From: Verrucomicrobiota bacterium
GTDB taxonomy: Bacteria; Verrucomicrobiota; Verrucomicrobiia; Limisphaerales; UBA11358
Reading direction: 5' to 3'
Assembly: GCA_049523455.1 (NCBI GenBank)
Contig: JBEKMW010000003.1
Coordinates: forward strand, 3,736 to 67,735
DNA: 64,000 bases
The position numbers were made by a program, and so were the translations under genes. Below the pieces are notes generated by a model. The model was not told where the DNA came from. It worked only from the letters and a program-made list of their open reading frames with translations, and ran no database searches. Below, in pieces: positions 54,975 through 64,000 of the stretch. The number at the start of each line of letters is the position of its first letter. The stretch's first letter is position 1.

Positions 54975-55925
54975 TCATGGGTACGCCGTAAGATCAACAT
55001 TGGGTATCATCACCCGCTGCCGGAATATGTGCAATCCGCCCGCCTGGCCGGACAGGTAATTGTTTTGCGCCGCCGTCCCGTTCGGCCACGTGCCCGCCCG
55101 CTGGATCACGTTGTCCTCCAGCAGCCCCATTTGCACCTCCACCGACGCCGGCAGCGCGTTGCTGAACAGGTAAAACCCCGCCTCGCCCCAGGCTGGCGGC
55201 ATAAACGTCGCCCCGTTCGTCAGAATCAGTATGTTCGTGTAGGGATACGTATAGTAGTTGGTCATCCAGTAACCCTGGTGGTTGTAAATCCGCGCCTGCA
55301 AATCCACCACCCCGTCGAGCAGGTGGCTCCAATTGACGTTGGTGTAGCCCAGCGGCGTTTCCACATTCGCCAGAAACGTGTTGAACAGCACCACCGGGTT
55401 CGGCGTCTCCTCCACGTTCGTCGTCACGTAATACCGGTACAGCGGATAAAAATCGTTCGTGGCTCCCGGGAAAACCGCGTAGCCCGTGCCCACCCACACG
55501 GGATGCCCGTTCAAGTTGTTCTGGGCCAATATGAATATATTCTCCAGCAGGTTCGTCCGCGTGGCCCCGCTGCCCGGCAGCGTGTTCGCCAGCGGCTGCC
55601 CGCAATCGAAATTCGTGTACGCGTAAAAATTCACCGCGTTGGCCATCGAATAAGCGAAAAGGTTGGAAAAACTGTTCCAGCTCCCCCCGCCCTCCGACGC
55701 CGTCATCTGCCGCAGGTCGGCCGCCATCATGTCCATCGTCGCCCGTCCGCCTTCCAGCACGTCGGTCTGGGTGACGCTCGCGCGAAATGCCCTCTGCGTG
55801 AAGTCGAACACCGCCATCAGCGCCAGCACGATCAGCGCCAGCAGGCTCACCACCAGCATCACCTCAATCAGCGAAAATCCGGTGCGAGCATTTACGATTT
55901 CCGATTTACGATTTTCGATTGCCAC
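54975..55925 (-). CDS. Minor pseudopilin (prepilin-type N-terminal methylation domain; GspJ-like by position)
   Basis: Contains ARTG-FSLIEVMLVVSLLALIVLALMAVFDFTQRAF. An in-frame GTG at 55925 gives a 16-aa leader. The ORF-track start (GTG at 56429) would add about 170 aa made only of dispersed repeats. Confidence 0.7.
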   Translation of the reverse strand: MAIENRKSEIVNARTGFSLIEVMLVVSLLALIVLALMAVFDFTQRAFRASVTQTDVLEGGRATMDMMAADLRQMTASEGGGSWNSFSNLFAYSMANAVNFYAYTNFDCGQPLANTLPGSGATRTNLLENIFILAQNNLNGHPVWVGTGYAVFPGATNDFYPLYRYYVTTNVEETPNPVVLFNTFLANVETPLGYTNVNWSHLLDGVVDLQARIYNHQGYWMTNYYTYPYTNILILTNGATFMPPAWGEAGFYLFSNALPASVEVQMGLLEDNVIQRAGTWPNGTAAQNNYLSGQAGGLHIFRQRVMIPNVDLTAYP

Positions 55926-56029
55926 CGGTGCGCGGCGTTCACGCCGCTTCAGCGTGCCCAGCGGTGCCTGGCCGGAAAATTCCTGAATCTCCAGCCGGCG
56001 CCACGATGAAGCGGCATAAATGCCGCGCG

Positions 56030-56235
56030 CCCCATGAACCGGGGAAACATCGAACATCGAACATCGAACGCCGAACATCGAATGAAAGCAACGAGTCCTC
56101 ACCTCATCGGCCTTCGCCTGGAGGCTACGGCCCGATAGGCCCTGACCCTCTCCCCTCCCATCCGAGTTAATACCCTCACCCTGTCCCTCTCCCATCAGAA
56201 TGGGCGAGGGAATAGGAGAGGGAACAGCCAGCGGG
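56030..56235 (+). repeat. Composite dispersed repeat, copy A
   Basis: CCCCATGAACCGGGGAAACATCGAAC(heptamers)...CTCACCTCA...CCCTGACCCTCTCCCCTCCCATCCGA...GGGAACAGCCAGCGGGG. It aligns with the reverse complement of 59291..59419, with two extra internal segments. Confidence 0.8.
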
Positions 56236-56425
56236 GCCGAATGGTGGCCCGGGAGACTGGCAGCTTGCGACAGGTTCAGGGGTTCTATGGGCGAACTTGT
56301 TGGGGGAAATCTCTTCCCTCTCCTCTCTCCCCACTCCCCTCTTCCCTCTTCCCTGCCGGTGCTGCGCGACCGCCGGGCTTCTCCGCCCCGCGCATCGGCT
56401 GCAGTAAATTTTTGCAAATTGAGTT

Positions 56426-57367
56426 TCACGGCGTCGTGACCACGTTGTTAAAGGATTGCGGCTGGTAAAAATACAGCCATTGGTTGTCCACATTCGTCTG
56501 AAAAATCATTCCGCCCACCATCGTCCGGCACGTCCACCGGCCCGGGCCCACCCCGCCGGCGGGATATAGCGGCCACAGAAACGTGAGCCGCAATTCATGC
56601 AGGCTGGCGGCCAGTTGCTGGTTGTACGGCGGCACGCCGCTGTAATTAATCGCCGTGTCCAACAGGTTCGTGTCCATCGCCATCGGCGCATTCACGCAAA
56701 ACACCAGGTAACTGAACGCGCCCGCCAGCACGTCCGCGTTGGCCTGCGGCGGCTTCTCCGTCGCCGGCCCGCTCATGGACCGCACGTACGCCACCACGTG
56801 ATTGCTGTAGCCCCCGCTCAACAAATTGTTCGTCGGGTTGTACTCCAGGTCCAGATATTCGGGCATGCTCATCAGCCCGATGATGCGCAGGCCGTTGGTC
56901 AGCGGGAAAAACGTCGAAGTCGGTATTCCCGGTTTCGGCCGGATCTGCGAGCCTGAGTAGGTGTAACCATCCACCTGCGCCGGACCGGGCGCCGCCCGGC
57001 CGTTCCGAAACTCCACCCAGTAGTTCGTGATGGCATAGACGTAATTGGTCAGGTCATCCAGCCCTTGCGCCCCGCCGCGCATCGCTTCCATCAGCATGGT
57101 CGCGTCCTGGTTGATCACCGTCTGCTCCCGATTGTCGCCCTGCGTCCGCATCCCAAACGGCAGCACCGCGATGATGGACACCAGCGCGAACCCGATGATC
57201 GCCAGGCAGATCGCAATCTCAATCATGGTGAAGGCGCGGACATTGCCAATTGCCGATTGCCAATTGACGAATGAGGGACGCGGACCAGCAGCAGCACGCC
57301 GGTCGCGGTTGCTTCGATCGGGTTCAATCGGCACTTGGCAATCGAAAATCGAAAATCCCAGTCTCAT
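56426..57367 (-). CDS. Minor pseudopilin (prepilin-type N-terminus; GspI-like by position)
   Basis: Contains GNVRA-FTMIEIAICLAIIGFALVSIIAVLPFG. The ATG at 57367 overlaps the upstream stop (ATGA). The only other in-frame canonical start is a GTG 34 codons before the Phe. Confidence 0.7.
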   Translation of the reverse strand: MRLGFSIFDCQVPIEPDRSNRDRRAAAGPRPSFVNWQSAIGNVRAFTMIEIAICLAIIGFALVSIIAVLPFGMRTQGDNREQTVINQDATMLMEAMRGGAQGLDDLTNYVYAITNYWVEFRNGRAAPGPAQVDGYTYSGSQIRPKPGIPTSTFFPLTNGLRIIGLMSMPEYLDLEYNPTNNLLSGGYSNHVVAYVRSMSGPATEKPPQANADVLAGAFSYLVFCVNAPMAMDTNLLDTAINYSGVPPYNQQLAASLHELRLTFLWPLYPAGGVGPGRWTCRTMVGGMIFQTNVDNQWLYFYQPQSFNNVVTTP

Positions 57368-58314
57368 GGTGTCATCTTGTGGTATTCCAGCACCGCCCGT
57401 CCCGTCAGCCAGTCTATATGCACAATGTTATACGCCATGTTGGTGCTGTTCCCCGGCGGCGTGTCCAGGATCTGCACGTTGCCGAACTGCAGCGCCTTCG
57501 TGTTCACGTTGATCTGCGGCGCCACGTTCCCCTGCGCCAGCGGGATGTATTCATCCCGCCCCGACACCAGTTGCCCCAGGTAATTGAACGCAATGTAAGG
57601 CAGCCAGATCGCATTGGCCGGCGGCGGCACCGCGCTGTCCTGCGTTGGAAACGGTATGTCGTTGGTGTATTCGAACGGCGCAATCGGATAGGCTATCCCG
57701 GATACCGGGTCCGTTATCGTATTGGTGCCCACAAATTTCTGAAGCTGGATATAGTCCCCCTCCGGCAGGTTTTGCCAGGGCGCCAGATAATGCCAGGCGT
57801 GCTCTCCGGGCTGGTCGCCCATCGCCCCGTACGCCACAAACGTGTAACCGGTCAACTGCTTGTCCACGATATTGGTGGCCGCCGTTTGTTGCGCCGGCGT
57901 CAGGTAGTGGGTCCACCATTGATTGTTGGGCGCCGCGCTCCCCGACACGTCCACCCAGAAATTCGTCGGCACAAATACCATATAGACCGTCGTCCGCTGG
58001 CTCATGGCCAACTGGCGCGCCCGCCCCACGTCGTCCAGCAACTGCCGCGCCGCCCCGGCATTCACGTTCGATTTCCCTATGTTCTTCAGCGCCGGCACCG
58101 CCAGCCCCGCCAGGATCCCCAGGATGGCGATCACCACCAGCAACTCCGCAATCGTAAACCCGCGGCGATTGAAGGTTGCAGGTTGCGCCGTTCGCTCTTT
58201 TTCGTCCCCTGCGTCCTTTCCGCTTAGAGGCTGGCCGTTGAAGCCTTTGCGATCCGTCCCGTTTCGGCCGGAAACCTTCAACTTGCAACTTGCAATCTGC
58301 AACCCGGTTTTCAT
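57364..58314 (-). CDS. GspH/FimT-like minor pseudopilin
   Basis: Contains FNRRG-FTIAELLVVIAILGILAGLAVPALKNIGKSNVNAGAARQLLDDVGRARQLAMSQRTTVYMVF, the GspH-type pattern. ATG at 58314. The closest alternative start is a TTG 41 codons before the Phe. Confidence 0.75.
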   Translation of the reverse strand: MKTGLQIASCKLKVSGRNGTDRKGFNGQPLSGKDAGDEKERTAQPATFNRRGFTIAELLVVIAILGILAGLAVPALKNIGKSNVNAGAARQLLDDVGRARQLAMSQRTTVYMVFVPTNFWVDVSGSAAPNNQWWTHYLTPAQQTAATNIVDKQLTGYTFVAYGAMGDQPGEHAWHYLAPWQNLPEGDYIQLQKFVGTNTITDPVSGIAYPIAPFEYTNDIPFPTQDSAVPPPANAIWLPYIAFNYLGQLVSGRDEYIPLAQGNVAPQINVNTKALQFGNVQILDTPPGNSTNMAYNIVHIDWLTGRAVLEYHKMTP

Positions 58315-58315
58315 T

Positions 58316-59122
58316 CTACTGCCAGCTCAAAACGTTGTCTTTGTTGTAACTGGTAGTCACAGGATTATTGGCATCAAGCCTCCCGTCAAACCCCGCCGAC
58401 CACACCATCGCCTTGGCGTGAAGTTGGAAATGGTTGCCGTTGCCGTTCGGATCGGTTTGGTTGACCAAGCCGTTGTAACCCGATTGGCCGCCCGACGGCT
58501 GCTGCGAAACTTTTTGCATACAATAAAAGGCGTCAAAACAAAACCCGTCATAATTCAAATCCATCGTGATCACGTACGGATTGCCCCACGGATCGCGATA
58601 GACGCCATTGATGTCCACGCCACCCAGCGCGGCACCCGGCACCGACGGGTTGTAGCCGGACTGTTTGGCGTTCAAAAAAATGGTTTGGTTGGGGTTCTTG
58701 ACATACCCCGCATTCACCCCGCTGGCCCAATTGGTGTTGTTCATCAAAATGGCCACCACCTCCGCATTGCTCGTGGTAAACACGGAGTCACCCGCCGGCA
58801 GCCCGCCCAACGCAATGTTCGTGGCAAACGTGCTGCCCCCGTAAGTGAAATCTCCGTCGTTGTTAGGCAGGATCCCGGATGCGGCTATGGCCTGTGTATT
58901 CGAAGAAACCGGAAACCGGCTGTACGACGCATCGTAGCTCTCAATGGCTTGCAGTATCCCCTGCTCGTCCACCGACGCCTGCCGCTTCTGCGCGGAGCGC
59001 CTGGCCGCGGCGAGCGTCGGCAACAGCATCGCCGCCAGAATCGCAATGATGGCGATGACGGTAAGCAGTTCAATTAGCGTGAAGGCGCGCGGTCGGCGTG
59101 ATCGGTTCGCAACGTTTTTCAT
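58316..59122 (-). CDS. GspG-like major pseudopilin paralogue 2 (268 aa, enlarged)
   Basis: MKNVANRSRRPRA-FTLIELLTVIAIIAILAAMLLPTLAAARRSAQKRQ gives a normal 13-aa leader. GspG hallmarks DPWGNPY and VWSAGFDG are present. ATG at 59122. The ORF-track ORF extends to 59758 through repeats. Confidence 0.8.
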   Translation of the reverse strand: MKNVANRSRRPRAFTLIELLTVIAIIAILAAMLLPTLAAARRSAQKRQASVDEQGILQAIESYDASYSRFPVSSNTQAIAASGILPNNDGDFTYGGSTFATNIALGGLPAGDSVFTTSNAEVVAILMNNTNWASGVNAGYVKNPNQTIFLNAKQSGYNPSVPGAALGGVDINGVYRDPWGNPYVITMDLNYDGFCFDAFYCMQKVSQQPSGGQSGYNGLVNQTDPNGNGNHFQLHAKAMVWSAGFDGRLDANNPVTTSYNKDNVLSWQ

Positions 59123-59290
59123 AGGTTTGAAGGATGCGGAGTTTCGGCGCAAAGCAGGCAACGGCAGCGGCCCGGCGAATGGCGGCGTTGGCACAATCCG
59201 TATGGCTGGCGCCTGGCCCGTGCGCCCCTGGTCTTCCTCTCCCTCCCCCTGAATCTGCCGATGCCCGGCGAGCCTCCGAATACGAATGTT

Positions 59291-59419
59291 GCCCGCTTGC
59301 TGTTCCCTCTCCGCTCCCATCGGATGGGAGGGGAGAGGGTCAGGGTGAGGTGAGGGTTTTGCTTTCGTTGGATGTTGGGCGTTGAATGTTGAATGTTGAA
59401 TGTTCCCCGGTTCATGGGG
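59291..59419 (-). repeat. Composite dispersed repeat, copy B (inverted relative to copy A)
   Basis: The reverse complement reads CCCCATGAACCGGGGAACATTCAACATTCAACATTCAACGCCCAACATCCAACGAAAGCAAAACCCTCACCTCACCCTGACCCTCTCCCCTCCCATCCGATGGGAGCGGAGAGGGAACAGCAAGCGGGC. Confidence 0.8.
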
Positions 59420-59712
59420 AGGGCCAGGGTGAAGGGTTTGATCCTGATCATTCACCGCCCCGTCGCCGAAACCGGCCGGCGGCAGTTCCACGCCGCTCAA
59501 CGACCCCGGAATCGCCGCCACTATCAGCGGATACCACCCACACTCCTGCCAGGTGATCTCCAGCAGCCGCTGGCCGGAAGTTTGGAGTCCCGCCTTCAGG
59601 CGCTTCGCGCGAAAACCTCCCGCCGCCGCCGCGCGGTAGGGCGGCGCTGCCGCGCCGCCATTCGCGCTTTCCGCGCGGCTCGTCTCATTTTTCCGGTTGC
59701 GGCTCATAAAAT

Positions 59713-60536
<824 letters not shown>

Positions 60537-60540
<4 letters not shown>

Positions 60541-60836
60541 CGCTCGCGCAGTTCGTTCTCCATCCGCTCGCTCAGCCACTGTTTGATCATGCTCTGGTAA
60601 TTCAAATACCGCGACCGCGCCAGCCGTTTGATGCGCGCCAGCATCCGCGGGTCCATCCGCAGCGTGATGGTCACCGATTCCGACGCTTCCGACCCGCCCG
60701 CGGTGGCCGCTTCCATCATCCGCAAGTCCGGCCGGTTCTCCGCCCAGAAACTCGCCTCCGCTCCTTCGCTGTCGAAGAGCGGCACGTCTTCCCAGTTGGC
60801 AAACGTTCGCATAACTGCCAGACACCACTTAACCAT
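60537..60836 (-). CDS. BrnA-like antitoxin (CopG/RHH-type C-terminus)
   Basis: FDSEGAEASFWAENRPD and SVTITLRMDPRMLARIKRLARSRYLNYQSMIKQWLSERM match the BrnA pattern. It lies immediately downstream of the BrnT-like gene, as in known brnTA operons. Confidence 0.7.
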
Positions 60837-60851
60837 TCACCGCTTCCGGCC

Positions 60852-61148
60852 TCACTTCTCCCCCAGGTTCAACGTCTGTTCCATCTTCCGCTGGTAAAAA
60901 AATCGCTCTTCCGGTTCAAACTCCCGCGCGTGCAGCACCCGCACCGTCCGGCCATTCGTGCGATACACACTGATAATTCCCACGCCGCCCGCCGAAATGC
61001 CCATGTTAAAAAACCGGGCCTGGGCACTGAAGCGCTTGGAATCCGGCAACAGCCGTACCGCAAACGGGTCCTCAAATGATTCCTCGATTTCCCGCTGAGT
61101 GAAGGCGCCACCCAGGTCAAATGGCGGACTATTCCAATCGAACTCCAT
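60852..61148 (-). CDS. BrnT-like toxin (DUF497 family)
   Basis: MEFDWN..., FEDPFAVRLLPD, and GIISVYRTNGRTVRVLHAREFEPEE resemble the BrnT/DUF497 consensus (M.FEWD, F.DP.A....D, .RIISAR.A...E). Confidence 0.65.
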   Translation of the reverse strand: MEFDWNSPPFDLGGAFTQREIEESFEDPFAVRLLPDSKRFSAQARFFNMGISAGGVGIISVYRTNGRTVRVLHAREFEPEERFFYQRKMEQTLNLGEK

Positions 61149-61178
61149 ATCGGCTCAGTTGTAAATAATGCGCACATG

Positions 61179-61223
61179 CAATGTGTTTACATTGTATTTA
61201 CGCATTGCCCCGACTTTTGTCAA
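61179..61223 (-). promoter_or_regulatory. Sigma70-like promoter plus palindromic operator candidate upstream of brnT
   Basis: On the minus strand: TTGACA (61223-61218), a 17-nt spacer, TAAATA (61200-61195), then the palindrome CAATGTAAACACATTG (61194-61179). It lies about 30 nt before the brnT ATG, in a locally AT-rich patch. Confidence 0.4.
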
Positions 61224-61393
61224 CACTTTTTTGCGCGCTTTTTGACGAAGTTCCGCGCCCCGCCGCCCCGCCAGCCCGCCGCCCACACCTCAAAAGCCTC
61301 TAAACCACGTCACCCCAATTGGATGCCAAACCCACCCCCATTCCAGGTTAATCCAGGTTAATCCAGGTCTTTTCAGCGTCCCACCGTTGGGAA

Positions 61394-62701
61394 TTACACT
61401 CCGCCACCTGCACCACCGCCGCCGTTTCCGCTCAGGTTATTGATCATGGCGATCAGCGGCAGAAACATCGCAATCACAATGCTGCCCACGACCACCGCAA
61501 GAAAAATAATCATGATCGGCTCCAACAACGAAGTCATCGAAGCCACGGCATTGTCCACCTCTTCCTCGTAATTGTCGGCAATGCGCAAAAGCATTTCCGG
61601 CAGTGCGCCGGTTTGTTCACCCACGTCCACCATGCTCACGACCATGGGAGGAAAAACCCCCGAGCTTTCCAGCGGCGCGGTGATGGTTTCACCCTCCTTG
61701 ACGCTTTCATGCACCTTGCCTACGGCGTTGGCGATGACCACGTTGCCGGCTGTTTCTTTCACAATGGTCAGCGCCTGCAAAATCGGCACGCCGCTGCTGA
61801 CCAGGGTGCCCAGGGTCCGGGTGAAACGGGAAATGGCCACTTTGCTGACGACCGGCCCAAACGCCGGCACCTTGAGCTTGAATTTGTCCCACAACAACCG
61901 GCCCAGTTTGGTTTTGACGGCCAGCAGAAACAGCACCCACACGACCGCCACGCACGAGAGCGTGGTTATAATGTGCAGCCGCACGGCGTCGCTGACCGCG
62001 AGCACAAAAAGAGTGAATCCGGGCATCTGCACTCCCATGCCATGGAAGACGTCTTTGAAGCGGGGCACCACGAACGTCAACAACAAGGTCAAAATGCAGG
62101 TGGCCACGACCAGGACGGCAATGGGATAAAACAGCGCGGCCTTGATCTTGCCGCGAATCTTCTGCGCCTTCTCGGAAAACTCCGCCAGGCGCTTCAACAC
62201 CACTTCCAGCACACCGCCCAGTTCGCCGGCCTTGACCATGTTCACGAACAACCGGTTAAAGACCCTGGGATGCTGCGCGAGCGCCTCCGAGAAGGTGCTG
62301 CCGCCTTCAATCGCCAGCGCCAGATCACCGAGGATTTCCTTGAGCGTCCCGTTGCGCTCCTGCTTCTCCAGCACCCGCAGTCCGCGCAGCAGCGGCAGCC
62401 CGGCGTCCACCAGCGTCGCCAATTGCCGCGTAAACGTCGTCAACACCTTCGGCTTCACCCGTCCGCTCAGGAAGGGGATCTTGATGTTGAGGTTCACGTT
62501 CATCCCGCCGCCCTTTTTGCCGCTGGCTTTCGCCTTTTTGGCGGACGGTTTGCCGGTCACCCGTTCGGCCTCCGTAATGCGGGTGGGGAACAGTCCCATT
62601 TCTTTCACGCGGCCAATGGCCTCATTTTGGCTGGTCACTTCCAGCGTCCCTTTGGTTTCCTTGCCGCGCGCATCCAGCGCCACGTAATTGTATTTGGCCA
62701 T
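61394..62701 (-). CDS. gspF: Type II secretion / type IV pilus platform protein GspF/PilC family
   Basis: 435 aa. N-terminus MAKYNYVALDARGKETKGTLEVTSQNEAIGRVKEMGLFP. Two T2SSF-type repeats with 3 TM helices. Starts 5 nt after the gspE stop. Confidence 0.9.
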   Translation of the reverse strand: MAKYNYVALDARGKETKGTLEVTSQNEAIGRVKEMGLFPTRITEAERVTGKPSAKKAKASGKKGGGMNVNLNIKIPFLSGRVKPKVLTTFTRQLATLVDAGLPLLRGLRVLEKQERNGTLKEILGDLALAIEGGSTFSEALAQHPRVFNRLFVNMVKAGELGGVLEVVLKRLAEFSEKAQKIRGKIKAALFYPIAVLVVATCILTLLLTFVVPRFKDVFHGMGVQMPGFTLFVLAVSDAVRLHIITTLSCVAVVWVLFLLAVKTKLGRLLWDKFKLKVPAFGPVVSKVAISRFTRTLGTLVSSGVPILQALTIVKETAGNVVIANAVGKVHESVKEGETITAPLESSGVFPPMVVSMVDVGEQTGALPEMLLRIADNYEEEVDNAVASMTSLLEPIMIIFLAVVVGSIVIAMFLPLIAMINNLSGNGGGGAGGGV

Positions 62702-62706
62702 AACGA

Positions 62707-64000
62707 TCAGGTGTATTTGACTATTTCTTCGATGGTTGTATCACCCTCAAAAATGCTCCGCAAGCCGTCTTCACGCAACGTCACCATGCCCAACTCCACC
62801 GCTTTTTGCCGCAACACCACCGTCGGAGCGCGTTCGTTGATCAATCCCCGGATCGCTTCGGCGATGACCAACAACTCAAAAATCCCCTTCCGCCCCTTGT
62901 ACCCGGTATCATTGCAGCTCGAACAGCCGCGGCCATAATGAAACACCTTGTCGCCCAGGTCATGCGGCGAAAGATTCAGCAAGGTCAATTGCTCTTCCGT
63001 CGGTTCGAACGGCGTCCGGCAGTTCTTGCAAATGGTCCGCACCAGCCGTTGCGCCAGCACCGCCATGAGGGTGGACGAAATCAAAAATGGTTCCACGCCC
63101 ATGTCAATCATACGGGTAATCGCCCCGGGCGCGTCGTTGGTGTGCAGTGTGCTTAATACCAGGTGCCCCGTGAGCGACGCCTGAATGGAGATCTGCGCCG
63201 TCTCCAGGTCGCGCATTTCACCCACCATGATGATGTCCGGGTCCTGGCGCAAAAAGGATCGCAGCGCCTTGCCGAACGTCATGCCCACGGCTTCGTGGAT
63301 GGCCACCTGCATGATGCCCTCGATATCATATTCGACCGGGTCCTCGGCGGTCAGCAGCTTGGAGTCAATGGCGTTGACGCGGCGCAGGCACGAGTACAAT
63401 GTCGTCGTCTTGCCGCAGCCCGTCGGGCCCGTGACAATGAAGATGCCGTTGGGCCGCTGGATCACCTCGGTTACGAAATCATGAATGTACTTGGGAAAGC
63501 CCAGCATTTCGAGGTCCAGATTCACCGCCGCGCGATCCAGTACCCGCAACACCACCGATTCGCCAAACTGCGTCGGCAGGGTGGAGACGCGCAAGTCAAT
63601 CTGACGGTTGTTGATATTCAGATTGATGCGGCCGTCTTGCGGCAGGCGCCGTTCCGAGATGTTCAGGCTCGACATGACCTTCAGGCGCGAAATCACCGGC
63701 AGCGCCAGGTGTTTGGGCGGCGGCGACATTTCGTACAGCGCGCCGTCCACGCGATAGCGGATGCGAAACTCGGTTTCGAATGGCTCAAAGTGAATGTCGC
63801 TCGCACGGTCCTGGATGGCCTGCTGTAACACGAGATTGACGAACTTTACGATCGGCGCTCCGTTGGCCAATTCGGCCAGGCGCTTCTCGTCTTCGCTGTC
63901 GGCTTCGCTTAACTCGCGCGCCACGTCGTCGGCGCCCAGTTCCTTGAGAATATCCGAAAACGACTCGCTCTCTTCATGCCCGTAAAGGCGGTCGAGCACG
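62707..64000 (-). CDS. gspE: GspE/PilB-family secretion ATPase (5' end outside the window)
   Basis: Walker [11 protein letters not shown] (Cys where Ser is usual), Asp box [11 protein letters not shown], Walker [13 protein letters not shown], His box [12 protein letters not shown] and tetracysteine CKNC...CSSC. The ORF runs off the window end. Confidence 0.92.
   Translation of the reverse strand, partial: VLDRLYGHEESESFSDILKELGADDVARELSEADSEDEKRLAELANGAPIVKFVNLVLQQAIQDRASDIHFEPFETEFRIRYRVDGALYEMSPPPKHLALPVISRLKVMSSLNISERRLPQDGRINLNINNRQIDLRVSTLPTQFGESVVLRVLDRAAVNLDLEMLGFPKYIHDFVTEVIQRPNGIFIVTGPTGCGKTTTLYSCLRRVNAIDSKLLTAEDPVEYDIEGIMQVAIHEAVGMTFGKALRSFLRQDPDIIMVGEMRDLETAQISIQASLTGHLVLSTLHTNDAPGAITRMIDMGVEPFLISSTLMAVLAQRLVRTICKNCRTPFEPTEEQLTLLNLSPHDLGDKVFHYGRGCSSCNDTGYKGRKGIFELLVIAEAIRGLINERAPTVVLRQKAVELGMVTLREDGLRSIFEGDTTIEEIVKYT

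Noticed and set aside
55926-56429. N-terminal about 170-aa extension of the J-like pseudopilin ORF; likewise 59123-59758 for G2 and 60541-60828 for G1
   Set aside because: The extensions translate only dispersed repeats (GEGQGEG, MFDVRCSMFDV, GIYAAS and others). They would put an implausible 60-210 aa in front of a class-III signal peptide. Closer in-frame starts exist: GTG at 55925, ATG at 59122 and ATG at 60540.

Overview
High-GC bacterial chromosomal window. It probably comes from a Verrucomicrobiota/PVC-type genome; this is an inference from the many prepilin-type 'FTLIELL' proteins, the giant secreted multidomain proteins and the very dense short palindromic dispersed repeats. No rRNA, tRNA, CRISPR array, transposase or integrase was recognised.

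Positions 1-35 kb are mostly ordinary genes. They include an HtrA protease, an RRM RNA-binding protein, a 3-methyladenine glycosylase, an OprB-like porin and a heavy-metal RND efflux operon (adaptor, CzcA-like pump, small coupled ORF, outer-membrane factor). Further genes are a VanY-like peptidase, a NarL-type two-component pair, a decayed ParE-type TA pair, a beta-helix secreted protein, TPP riboswitch plus thiC, an MFS transporter, a cytochrome c, a secreted serpin, mgtA, an IscA-type protein, a TPR protein, a degenerate YchF-like protein and uvrA, which carries two in-frame palindromic-repeat insertions.

The stand-out region is 37.6-64 kb, all on the minus strand. Its order is gspE (cut by the window edge), gspF, brnT/brnA, two GspG-like pseudopilins, three minor pseudopilins, a 1437-aa GspK-like protein, a 3762-aa S8 subtilase/LamG/PPC/cadherin-like/RCC1 protein and an FkbM methyltransferase. 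No secretin, GspC/L/M or prepilin peptidase is present in the window.

The cluster is threaded with oriented hairpin boxes, heptamer microrepeats and an inverted pair of composite repeats. At least two pseudopilins appear to have unusually long leaders encoded by these repeats. All functional calls rest on motif recognition by eye; no database search was possible.
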